DNA of 64,000 nucleotides from Candidatus Woesearchaeota archaeon (lineage in GTDB: Archaea > Nanobdellota > Nanobdellia > SCGC-AAA011-G17 > JAGVXY01). The notes under the pieces are model-generated. The model saw nothing but the letters and a program-made list of their open reading frames with translations. It was not told the origin of the DNA and searched no databases. Location of the stretch: NCBI GenBank assembly GCA_018303545.1, contig JAGVXY010000011.1:1466-65465 (forward strand). Reading direction: 5' to 3'. This document shows positions 10,752 to 19,271 of this stretch, in pieces (positions within the stretch are counted from its first letter, which is position 1; every line of letters begins with the position of its first letter). A program made the translations under genes and the position numbers.

Positions 10752-10913
10752 ATGGTAGAAACACAACTAATGGTATTGTTTGCCGTTCTAGGCTCTCTTA
10801 TAGGAATAATGTACGCTTTAAGAAGAATCTTTGGAATGGAGAGATCAATTTTAAGAATGGAAGAAGTTATTCTAAAAATAGAAAAACTTCAGGTAAAGAA
10901 AAAGAAAAGATGA
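10752..10913 (+). CDS. Small (53-aa) single-pass membrane protein
   Basis: Own translation: MVETQLMVLFAVLGSLIGIMYALRRIFGMERSILRMEEVILKIEKLQVKKKKR*. ATG at 10752 is preceded by a ggaggtgg Shine-Dalgarno-like motif. The ORF track instead lists a GTG-initiated frame at 10745..10933 that looks less gene-like. Confidence 0.3.
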   Translation: MVETQLMVLFAVLGSLIGIMYALRRIFGMERSILRMEEVILKIEKLQVKKKKR

Positions 10914-10917
10914 TTTT

Positions 10918-11622
10918 TTATTTATATTTTTGATTAGCCTCATTCAATGATTCGGGGCTTCCTATATCAAACCATTTTTTCTTCGTTACAAATCCAAAAA
11001 CATCCACCCTATCAGATAACCATGCAATATAATCTCCAGCTTTGTCAGTAGAAAGTCCTAATTTCACATATTCCTCAATATATTTTAATGTATCCTTTGG
11101 AAAAAAATATACTAATGTTGCAGCCAAAGTAGAACTTGGATTTTGCGGTTTCTCAAAAAAGTTCACTATTTTATTATTTTTGTCAAGCTCGACAATTCCA
11201 TATAACCTTGCTTTTTCTTTTGAATTAACATCATAAAGCGCAATTTTTGTTTTTCCCGGCATGAATGAAACAAAATTTTTCAAGGAAAAGTCAAATATAT
11301 TATCTCCGCCGATTACAATCAAATCTTCATTGATATTTAATTTTTTTATTGCATAATATATATCGCCTATTGATCCCTTTTTTGTTTCCAGTGTTTTGAC
11401 ACCATTGCTTATCACTTCGACATTTTTCTTCCAGGACCATTTTTTAAAAGTCTCATAGAACTTCTCATTGGACATTACATAACAATCTAAATCATCAAAT
11501 CGCTTATCTAGAATATAATCTAAAATAGGTCTTCCAGCAACCTCAAGTAAAGGTTTAGGTTTATCTAACGCTAAATCCCCCAATCTTGTACCAAAACCAG
11601 CAGCTAAAATCAAACATTTCAT
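10918..11622 (-). CDS. Sugar-phosphate nucleotidyltransferase (NTP-transferase family, glucose-1-P thymidylyl/uridylyl-transferase-like)
   Basis: N-terminal LILAAGFGTRLG motif (GxGxRL). 234 aa. Confidence 0.7.
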   Translation of the reverse strand: MKCLILAAGFGTRLGDLALDKPKPLLEVAGRPILDYILDKRFDDLDCYVMSNEKFYETFKKWSWKKNVEVISNGVKTLETKKGSIGDIYYAIKKLNINEDLIVIGGDNIFDFSLKNFVSFMPGKTKIALYDVNSKEKARLYGIVELDKNNKIVNFFEKPQNPSSTLAATLVYFFPKDTLKYIEEYVKLGLSTDKAGDYIAWLSDRVDVFGFVTKKKWFDIGSPESLNEANQKYK

Positions 11623-11623
11623 G

Positions 11624-13039
11624 TTATATCTTTAGAATATCATAAAGGCTGCAGTTTTTAAATCTTACGCTCTCGGGATTGTTAAAATAGCTCTTTCCTA
11701 TTCTTTTGTCCAGCATCATACCTTCAAACACATCAGGGGCATTTGCCCCTACAAATTCAGCGATTTTAATTAACTGAGCGCCATATGCATCATGCACATC
11801 CATATATCTATTGCATATTCTTTCAATTTCCAGTGTAGAAAACTGATTTGATCCCTTGCCAAGTCTATAGGCTCCCGAAGTTAATTTAAATTTTTCTTCA
11901 GTAAAAAAATTCCTGCCGTCAATTACTATTTTATTTTTTAAATCTCCAGATTCAACTGCATGGAATTCTTCCCAGTCAGTTAATAGCATTATTATTTCTG
12001 CATCCAGCACGTTTCTAAAATTGCTGCAATATTCTATATTAGGAAAAATCTTCAAAAAATGATTCATTGCTTTTGGATCATAGCACCTGATATTTGCCCC
12101 TTTTTCGATTAAGTTTTTAGTAATATTAATTGAAGATGCTTCTCTAATGTCATCAGTATTCGCTTTAAAAGCCAGTCCCAATAAGCCTACTTCTTTTCCT
12201 TCAATATTTCCTATCATTTCCTTAAGAACTGAAACAGCCAAACCTTTTTGTATTTTATTTACTTCTTCAATGGATTCAATCAAACTTGAATATAATCCAT
12301 TGGCCCGGAAAAATGCAGCAAATTCTTTTACGTCTTTAGGGAAACATGACCCCCCATATCCCAGTCCAGGATTTACAAAAGCCTGAGGATTTATTTTCTT
12401 CAGTTCTCTGCTAACTTGCCAAATATCATGATGTGGAAATAATTGAACTAATGCATTGACAATTATTACATTTCCTCCATTGAACAAAGGTAACATTGTT
12501 TCTCTTGCCCATTCGTTTTTATAACCTAATACAACTCTATCTGGAAACATACTATCCTTCATTGCAGCGCCTTGTTTCAAAAATTCAGGATTTGAGACAA
12601 CTTCAAAGTTTATTGAAAGATTTCGTTGATTGAGTCTTTCGCGGATAATTTCAGTAACTGCTTCCGTAGTTCCAACGGGTACTGTGCTTTTATCAACTAT
12701 AACAACATTATCTTTCATAATCCCATCGCCAATCTCTTTTGCTACTGAATAGATAAATTGCATATCGACAGAACCATTATCTTTTGAAGGAGTTCCTACT
12801 GCAATATATACAACATCTGCTTCATTCAATGCAGAATTATCTGCTGTAAATGTTATTCTATTACCATATTGTTTAAGTAGTTCTTCTAAGCCAGGTTCAA
12901 ACATAGGCACTTCGTTATTTGCCAAAGAAAAAATTCTTTCTCGATTTGAATCAATACCTGTAACGTCATTGCCCAACTTAGCCAAAATAACTGCCGTTGG
13001 AATACCCACATAACCCATCCCTTTTATTGCAATTCGCAT
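11624..13039 (-). CDS. Nucleotide-sugar 6-dehydrogenase (UDP-glucose/GDP-mannose dehydrogenase family)
   Basis: N-terminal GMGYVGIPTAV Rossmann motif, catalytic GGSCFPKD motif. 471 aa. Confidence 0.8.
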   Translation of the reverse strand: MRIAIKGMGYVGIPTAVILAKLGNDVTGIDSNRERIFSLANNEVPMFEPGLEELLKQYGNRITFTADNSALNEADVVYIAVGTPSKDNGSVDMQFIYSVAKEIGDGIMKDNVVIVDKSTVPVGTTEAVTEIIRERLNQRNLSINFEVVSNPEFLKQGAAMKDSMFPDRVVLGYKNEWARETMLPLFNGGNVIIVNALVQLFPHHDIWQVSRELKKINPQAFVNPGLGYGGSCFPKDVKEFAAFFRANGLYSSLIESIEEVNKIQKGLAVSVLKEMIGNIEGKEVGLLGLAFKANTDDIREASSINITKNLIEKGANIRCYDPKAMNHFLKIFPNIEYCSNFRNVLDAEIIMLLTDWEEFHAVESGDLKNKIVIDGRNFFTEEKFKLTSGAYRLGKGSNQFSTLEIERICNRYMDVHDAYGAQLIKIAEFVGANAPDVFEGMMLDKRIGKSYFNNPESVRFKNCSLYDILKI

Positions 13040-13133
13040 ATTAATACTTCTTTAAACAAAAGAAATTTATATATCCCACTAATATCCTACTTTTTCCGAT
13101 AATTATAAATACTACTTGGATTAGATTAAAATT

Positions 13134-13925
13134 ATGACTAAAGAAAAAGTATCTGTAACAATTGAATCATCTATTCTAAAAAACGTTGATGCTACCATTG
13201 ATAATGTTTATATAAGAAATCGTTCTCAAGCTATAGAAAGGCTTATAGAAAAATCCATCGGTAAAAGCAAGATTGCAGTTATTTTGGCTGGAGGCGATGA
13301 AGAGAAAATAAAAATTTCTGAAAATGAATATAGATTCACTGCAAAAATAGGTTCTAAAACCTTAGTCGAAAGGCAAATCGAAAAACTTAACGAATCAGAA
13401 TTCAATAATATATTCATTGTTGCAAGAAAAAAGATTATAGCCAAAATATTTGAAATCTTGGGTGATGGCACAGAATTAGGTGTAAATGTGGGGTATATAG
13501 AAGAAAAAAATTCTTCAGGTTCAGCCGATTCCCTTAAATTAATTAAAGGAAAAATTAAAAGTCCATTTCTGGCATTTTACGGAGATATATTATTCGATAA
13601 TGTAAACATAAAAGAGCTTTGGAATCAGCATAAAAAAACAAATGCCTTGACAACAATCATGCTCACAACATCAGATAGACCTTCAGAAAAAGGCACGGTA
13701 AGAATGGAGGGTTCAAAAGTTTTGGAATTTATGCAGAAACCAGAAAAATCTGAAAATTTCCTTGTGTTTTCTCCCATCTTTATTTCAGAGCCGGAATTGT
13801 TAAACGTAGAAGGTAGTTCATTGGAATTCGATATTTTTCCCAAATTGGCCAAAAAAGGTCAAATAAATGGTTTCTTAAGTTCAGAGAAAGAAAAGCACAT
13901 TCACTGCAAAGAAGATACGATATAA
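13134..13925 (+). CDS. Ribbon-helix-helix (CopG-like) domain fused to a sugar-phosphate nucleotidyltransferase-like domain
   Basis: N-terminus KVSVTIESSILKNVDATIDNVYIRNRSQAIERLIEKSI has an RHH beta-strand/helix pattern. It is followed by ILAGGDEEK...G..TL NTP-transferase-like fold motifs. Confidence 0.5.
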   Translation: MTKEKVSVTIESSILKNVDATIDNVYIRNRSQAIERLIEKSIGKSKIAVILAGGDEEKIKISENEYRFTAKIGSKTLVERQIEKLNESEFNNIFIVARKKIIAKIFEILGDGTELGVNVGYIEEKNSSGSADSLKLIKGKIKSPFLAFYGDILFDNVNIKELWNQHKKTNALTTIMLTTSDRPSEKGTVRMEGSKVLEFMQKPEKSENFLVFSPIFISEPELLNVEGSSLEFDIFPKLAKKGQINGFLSSEKEKHIHCKEDTI

Positions 13926-13936
13926 TGCTTAAGCTA

Positions 13937-15346
13937 TTACTGACAGTAATCAAAAAGCATTTGATTTAAAGATTGAGTATATGCGGGATCACTATATTTT
14001 TCAGGAATAATTATATGGTAAGTCCGAGGTATAAAAAATTTAGACTCGAAAGTTTTTAAAATACCTTTGACTTGCTGAATAACCTCACAAAAAAATATCC
14101 TCTCATCAAGCAATTTTTCAGAAGAGGAATACGGCAATTTTTCAGCACCAAGACTTTTACACATTTCAAAATATCTTTTTGCTTCAACAAGATTATTTTC
14201 ATTTCTAAATTTTTCTCCGCAGGAGAATAGAAAATTGCTTTTATTAAGATAGAGGTTGTTAGTTTTAATTTCAGAGTATTTATTATCAATTTCAAAGATA
14301 TCTAAACCCATTGGAATATTCAAAATTATGCTTAAAAAATCTTTATAATCATTATGATTGCCACCATAAGACAATGCGTAATTTGATGATAAAACATCAA
14401 GTTTAGACCCATAAATCCCTGTGATAAGCGCATTTGAATCATCAATAGTTGCATCAATAAATGTGATGTGGGGTTTAGTTTTAGAAAAATCTACCATCAG
14501 AGTATACGCATGCTGCATTGCAATAGAAGAGACAGAATAAAATTTATATGCATTTAATTCTCCACAAATTTCAGAGAAAAAATCATGTATAGAGGGAAGT
14601 AGCTGCTGACTCATAACCCCGCATATATGCTTCCTCATTTCCAGCTTTTCTTCAACAGGTAGTTCAATAAAATCATCAAAATCATTACGGAATAAGAGAT
14701 ATTTTAAATAATTTTTAGAATCAATTCCATGAATTACTTTTCTAAAATAATTCGTTGATTTTTCAGCAAGCTCAATTTCAAAAAAAGGCGCCTCTCCTGG
14801 GGACAATTCATTAATTTTTTTTGCAACAGTCTGTTTTGCAAGATAAAACTCTCCAACATGCCTACTGTCCGTTTTATTAAAATCATAGTTAAATTCCTTC
14901 AAAAAACTTGCAAAATCATCAGTAAAAAGATAATCAAAAGAATTAGACTCGACTCGGAAATTAAAGGCAGTAAAATCATTGCTAAAAATATTTTTTAGCA
15001 GTAAATATTCAAATTTCTGCCTATTCGCAATTTTATATCCCCCTTTATCAATAAGCAGATTTAATTTATCTTCTATGCCTGCATGTTTTAATTTTTGTGC
15101 CGTCGGGATAAAATTGTCAAAAGAAACAATGTTAAAATATTCTTTAATATCTGAATTTTGAATAATATATTTTATGGGTGCCTCATCAAACCTTTGTATT
15201 TTTTGCATATATGACATTTTACTGAAATTATTTTTAATTTCATAAAAATTAAGCATTTCAATGGAAGAATAAGCAAAAAATGCAAGACTGCCTAGAAATA
15301 AAGGCAATTTAAGACCCTTCCAAATCTGTCTCAAAAAAATACCCAT
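13937..15346 (-). CDS. Hypothetical protein with N-terminal membrane anchor
   Basis: 469 aa. N-terminal hydrophobic segment LPLFLGSLAFFAYSSI. No known motif recognised. Confidence 0.4.
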   Translation of the reverse strand: MGIFLRQIWKGLKLPLFLGSLAFFAYSSIEMLNFYEIKNNFSKMSYMQKIQRFDEAPIKYIIQNSDIKEYFNIVSFDNFIPTAQKLKHAGIEDKLNLLIDKGGYKIANRQKFEYLLLKNIFSNDFTAFNFRVESNSFDYLFTDDFASFLKEFNYDFNKTDSRHVGEFYLAKQTVAKKINELSPGEAPFFEIELAEKSTNYFRKVIHGIDSKNYLKYLLFRNDFDDFIELPVEEKLEMRKHICGVMSQQLLPSIHDFFSEICGELNAYKFYSVSSIAMQHAYTLMVDFSKTKPHITFIDATIDDSNALITGIYGSKLDVLSSNYALSYGGNHNDYKDFLSIILNIPMGLDIFEIDNKYSEIKTNNLYLNKSNFLFSCGEKFRNENNLVEAKRYFEMCKSLGAEKLPYSSSEKLLDERIFFCEVIQQVKGILKTFESKFFIPRTYHIIIPEKYSDPAYTQSLNQMLFDYCQ

Positions 15347-15435
15347 TCTTCTTAAATTAAATCAATGAACTATATAAAATTGCCTAAAAAAGATAAAAAT
15401 TTATAAATGAAAACCGTTTCAATAGAGCTAGACAC

Positions 15436-15565
15436 GCGGGGGTGCCGGAGTGGTCAAACGGGATAGGCTCAAGATAAAATTGAGCTATGAGGTCATTTTC
15501 ATGGCCAATGACATAAGAAACCTATTGACTTAGTGTCTACGCAGGTTCGAACCCTGTCCCCCGCA
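15436..15565 (+). tRNA. tRNA-Leu(CAA), class II, with a 46-nt intron at the canonical 37/38 position (intron 15474-15519)
   Basis: Acceptor GCGGGGG/CCCCCGC with discriminator A. Anticodon stem ATAGG/CCTAT with loop CTCAAG|intron|A. 15-nt variable arm. T-arm GCAGG-TTCGAAC-CCTGT. Intron contains TTGAGC complementary to exon GCTCAA (bulge-helix-bulge helix). Confidence 0.75.
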
Positions 15566-15641
15566 TTTATTTCTATAAATTGAATCGCGCACTACATATT
15601 TATTTAAAATATCAGGTGTGTAAAAGAGAAATCGAGATAAT

Positions 15642-16286
15642 TTATTCTAATTTATGCAGCCATTTAGAAGCCAGTTTATACTTTTTATTAAAAAGAATCG
15701 AACCTGCAACAATAGTATCTGCCCCTGCATTTACAATTTTTTCTACAGTATAAGGGCGGATTCCACCATCGACCTCAATTTCAATAATTTTTATATTCCG
15801 TTGGTCATAAAATTTTCTTAAATTTTTAATTTTATTATAAACATTTTTATCGAATTCTTCCCCTTTTACACCAATTTTTGTTCCCATTAGGGTCACTTTG
15901 TCCACTTTCGTGAGAATATCTTCAAAATGTTCTATCGATTCGTTTGTATTAATGACTATCCCTGCCTTCAAACCTAATCTTTTTATCTTTTTTATTAAGT
16001 TTATAGCACTATTAGTAGATTCGGGATGGAATGCGATTAAATCAGAACAATCTTCAAACAGTTTTAAAAAGTTATCTGGATTATTAACCATGAGGTGAAT
16101 CTCAAAAGGCAATTTGGTTTTTTGCTTTAATGCTCTAATGAGATCCGGAAAAAACAAAAGACTATGGACATAAAGACCATCTCCTACATCAAAATGAAAA
16201 TAATCAACATATTTCTCTATCTTTTTTATTTCATCTCCCAAATCTGTCAAATCCGCAGACCATAATGATGCAGAAACTTTTACCAT
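15642..16286 (-). CDS. rpe: Ribulose-phosphate 3-epimerase
   Basis: SLWSADL...HFDVGDG...H..V motifs and 214-aa length typical of RPE (TIM barrel). Confidence 0.75.
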   Translation of the reverse strand: MVKVSASLWSADLTDLGDEIKKIEKYVDYFHFDVGDGLYVHSLLFFPDLIRALKQKTKLPFEIHLMVNNPDNFLKLFEDCSDLIAFHPESTNSAINLIKKIKRLGLKAGIVINTNESIEHFEDILTKVDKVTLMGTKIGVKGEEFDKNVYNKIKNLRKFYDQRNIKIIEIEVDGGIRPYTVEKIVNAGADTIVAGSILFNKKYKLASKWLHKLE

Positions 16287-16409
16287 CTAAATGTTAAATA
16301 TGGCAAGGTTTATATATATTTCTAACGTATACCTTTTTATGGATACAGTTCAAAAATTGAAACGATTTAATGAAAGAAATGAATGTAAATATGAGGCACT
16401 TTAGTTAAA

Positions 16410-16946
16410 ATGGATTTTTTAATAATGAGGCATGGAGAAACTGAAAGTAACAAAAAAAATTATGTGCAGGGACAAACTAATGAATCTTTGAGTGATATAG
16501 GCATTAAACAGGTTAAGAGGCAAATTCCCTATCTTAAAAAACAGAAAATAACCTTAATATTATCAAGTGATTTACAGCGCGCAAAGGAAACCGCAAAAAT
16601 TATTTCCAAAACTTTGAATATTAAAGTGAGATATATGAAAATTTTGCGCGAAAAGAATAATGGAAGATATACAGGGAAAAAGTCTGCAGAAATTAATTGG
16701 AATAATGTAAACGGTGACTATGAACATCGCAAGGCCCCAAAAGGAGAAAGCCTATTTGAAGTACTTCAAAGGGTAAAACAATTTTTAGACATTATTAAAG
16801 AACAACAACAAAAAGAAAAGATAATTGTAATATCACATGGAACATTTTTAAAACTTATAAAAGGATATCTTGCAAAAAAGAATATTAAAAAATCCATAGA
16901 AAATATAAAAATAAAAAATGGAAAAGTCATGAAAATAAAATGTTAA
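16410..16946 (+). CDS. Histidine phosphatase (phosphoglycerate-mutase-like) family protein
   Basis: LIMRHGETESN catalytic RHG motif. 178 aa. The stop overlaps the start of the next gene (ATGTTAA). Confidence 0.7.
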   Translation: MDFLIMRHGETESNKKNYVQGQTNESLSDIGIKQVKRQIPYLKKQKITLILSSDLQRAKETAKIISKTLNIKVRYMKILREKNNGRYTGKKSAEINWNNVNGDYEHRKAPKGESLFEVLQRVKQFLDIIKEQQQKEKIIVISHGTFLKLIKGYLAKKNIKKSIENIKIKNGKVMKIKC

Positions 16947-17980
16947 AGTCTCCATTTTTAAATGAAGCTAGGACGATTGTAAAGATATTATTAAGTAACA
17001 AATTAGTGAAAAATAATGTTATTGCTATTTATACAATGGGGTCTTTTGCAGAAGGAATAGTTAAAAAATCTAGTGATATAGATTTAAACATTTTTATAAA
17101 TCGGGCAGACTATAAAGATTTAACCCTACTTAAAAAAGCAATTGTGCAAACAGAGAAAAAATGTGGTCGCAAAATAGACACTAATCTTATCTCAGAAAAA
17201 GAAGTGAGAGAAGGGATTATTGGTAGTCGCGTATTTCCGCATAAATATAGACATGCCTTACTTATTTATGAAATAAAATACTATAATTGCTTATTATATG
17301 GTAAAAATATCTTGGCTAAAATAACTTTTAATTATGATGAGCTTTTTGAAGAAACCATTAAACTATTATTAACCTTAGGATATAGACTAAGGAAGCTTTA
17401 TCTCGCAACGGCAACAATTGCCGAAACTAAAAAGCAAGCAGTAAAATTTGCAACCTATGCCTGCAAATTTGCTTTAATAAACAAAGGGATATTTGTTTAC
17501 AATGATAAAGATGCAGAAAGATATTTTATGAAATATTTCTCATACCTTGAAAATGTGAGCATTATTTCTCAATGTTTTGAAATAAAAAAGACAAAAGAGT
17601 TTAACATATCAAATAAAATGTTCGAAACAGTTATTAATTTTATTGAAAGATTGGCAGAAGACAGACTTGAAGGCTTTAAAAAAGTTAAGAAAAATAGTAA
17701 GATTTTATTTGTTATACAAAATAAGAAATTGAAAAATGAGATACTAAGTTTTCTTAAGAAAGAATGTCCACAAAGTTATATAATCAAATGGAGCAGAACT
17801 TGTCCTACAAGCATCAGAAATTGTATTTTGGTAACAGACAACAAAGATTTATTAAATAGACAACATATAATTCCCCTAATTTTATTTATAGAAAAAAACA
17901 GACTACCTGAACCCTCTTCAAGATATGATTACTTTATAAGAGATGTGGAAGATTTGAAAATACTCTTTAAACCATTTTAA
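16940..17980 (+). CDS. Pol-beta-superfamily nucleotidyltransferase (ANT/KNTase-like N-terminal domain) with a helical middle part and an extra C-terminal domain
   Basis: MGSFAEGIVKKSSDIDLNIFI matches the hG[GS]x9-13Dh[DE]h minimal NTase signature. 346 aa. Confidence 0.6.
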   Translation: MLKSPFLNEARTIVKILLSNKLVKNNVIAIYTMGSFAEGIVKKSSDIDLNIFINRADYKDLTLLKKAIVQTEKKCGRKIDTNLISEKEVREGIIGSRVFPHKYRHALLIYEIKYYNCLLYGKNILAKITFNYDELFEETIKLLLTLGYRLRKLYLATATIAETKKQAVKFATYACKFALINKGIFVYNDKDAERYFMKYFSYLENVSIISQCFEIKKTKEFNISNKMFETVINFIERLAEDRLEGFKKVKKNSKILFVIQNKKLKNEILSFLKKECPQSYIIKWSRTCPTSIRNCILVTDNKDLLNRQHIIPLILFIEKNRLPEPSSRYDYFIRDVEDLKILFKPF

Positions 17981-17981
17981 A

Positions 17982-18578
17982 ATGCAAAAAATAAAAATCA
18001 ATTTTGACCAGATAGTTAAGAAATTCATAGGGGAAGTGGATTTATCTAAACCCAAACATAAACAAAATTTCTTCCTTATATTTACTGGAATTCCTGGAAG
18101 CGGAAAAACAGCCATAGCTAAACACCTTTGTAAGACGAGTTCATATGTGCGGGTTAGTAGTGATGATATTAAGAAGTCTTTAATAAAAGAAAATTGTGAA
18201 TTTAGCCTAAAAGATGTTTTTAAAATTCAGAGAAATATCTTTAAATATTTGCTTGAAAAAAAAGTGAATATCATTTCAGATAGTAACAGTGACTTAACCA
18301 AATATCGAAATTCGCTAAAAAAATTAGCTAAAAAATATGGTTATACCCCAATTAGGCTATATTTGGATATTAGTTTAGATAATGCAAATAGCCGGATTAT
18401 TGCAAAAAAACAGATTAAAAAATCAGATAAAATATATAAGAAGATTAAGAGATTTAATCAAATCTTAGAAATTCCAAGAGTTGCTAAAAAAATTAATTGT
18501 AATCTCTCTATGGAAGAAGTATTTGAGCAAGTTGATAATGCTCTGCATTTTTTAATGCATAAAAAACGAAAATTATAA
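17982..18578 (+). CDS. P-loop kinase (AAA_33 / zeta-toxin / chloramphenicol-phosphotransferase-like)
   Basis: FTGIPGSGKTAIAKHL Walker A followed by VSSDD. 198 aa. The start is 2 nt after the stop of the upstream NTase. Confidence 0.55.
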   Translation: MQKIKINFDQIVKKFIGEVDLSKPKHKQNFFLIFTGIPGSGKTAIAKHLCKTSSYVRVSSDDIKKSLIKENCEFSLKDVFKIQRNIFKYLLEKKVNIISDSNSDLTKYRNSLKKLAKKYGYTPIRLYLDISLDNANSRIIAKKQIKKSDKIYKKIKRFNQILEIPRVAKKINCNLSMEEVFEQVDNALHFLMHKKRKL

Positions 18579-18603
18579 AAACTAATGCCCTTTTTTATAA
18601 GAC

Positions 18604-19269
18604 ATGATTCTTATTTTGTCGGGCGGAGGAAAACCGGAAGAGACCAAGGAGACAGATAGATATTTTGTTGATTTGATCCCCAAGAATAAAAAGATTCTAT
18701 ACATTCCTATTGCTAAAAAAACGCGACCTTTTGAACAATGTTTTCAATGGCTAAAATCTTGTTTGTCATTTTTCGGCTTTAGTAATATTGAAATGTGGAC
18801 AGACTTATCAGAAAAAAATATCGGTGATTTGAAAAAATTTAGTGCAATTTATATTGGGGGAGGCAATACATTTAGTTTGCTTGATGATTTGAGAAATATG
18901 GACTTTTTAAATGTACTAAAGGAATTTATAGAAAATGATGGCATTGTATATGGTAGTAGTGCAGGAGCAATGATTTTAGGGAAGGATATCTCTACTGCAT
19001 CATATATTGATAAAAATGAGGTTAATTTAAAAAACACAGCCGGAATAAATTTACTTAATGATTATTCTATTTATTGCCATTATCAAGAAAAGGATGATGT
19101 GTTAATTAAAAAACTTCAACAAAAGAAAAAACTTAAAATCCTTGCCTTACCTGAAGGAGGAGGAATAGTATTTAAGGATGGACAGATGACAAATATAGGG
19201 GAGCAACCATTGTTTGTTTTCGAGTTCAATAAAGCAAAAAGAAAAATTGCGCCCAAGGAAAAAATATAG
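18604..19269 (+). CDS. Peptidase S51 family (peptidase E / cyanophycinase-like, class-I glutamine-amidotransferase fold)
   Basis: ILSGGG...YIGGGNTFSLLDDL...GSSAGAMI pattern. Confidence 0.55.
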   Translation: MILILSGGGKPEETKETDRYFVDLIPKNKKILYIPIAKKTRPFEQCFQWLKSCLSFFGFSNIEMWTDLSEKNIGDLKKFSAIYIGGGNTFSLLDDLRNMDFLNVLKEFIENDGIVYGSSAGAMILGKDISTASYIDKNEVNLKNTAGINLLNDYSIYCHYQEKDDVLIKKLQQKKKLKILALPEGGGIVFKDGQMTNIGEQPLFVFEFNKAKRKIAPKEKI

Positions 19270-19271
19270 AT

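Noticed and set aside
10745-10933. ORF-track ORF with GTG start (MEYGRNTTNGIVCRSRL...).
   Set aside because: Arg/Asn/Lys-rich low-complexity translation. The +1 frame gives a much more protein-like 53-aa TM peptide with a Shine-Dalgarno-like leader, reported instead.
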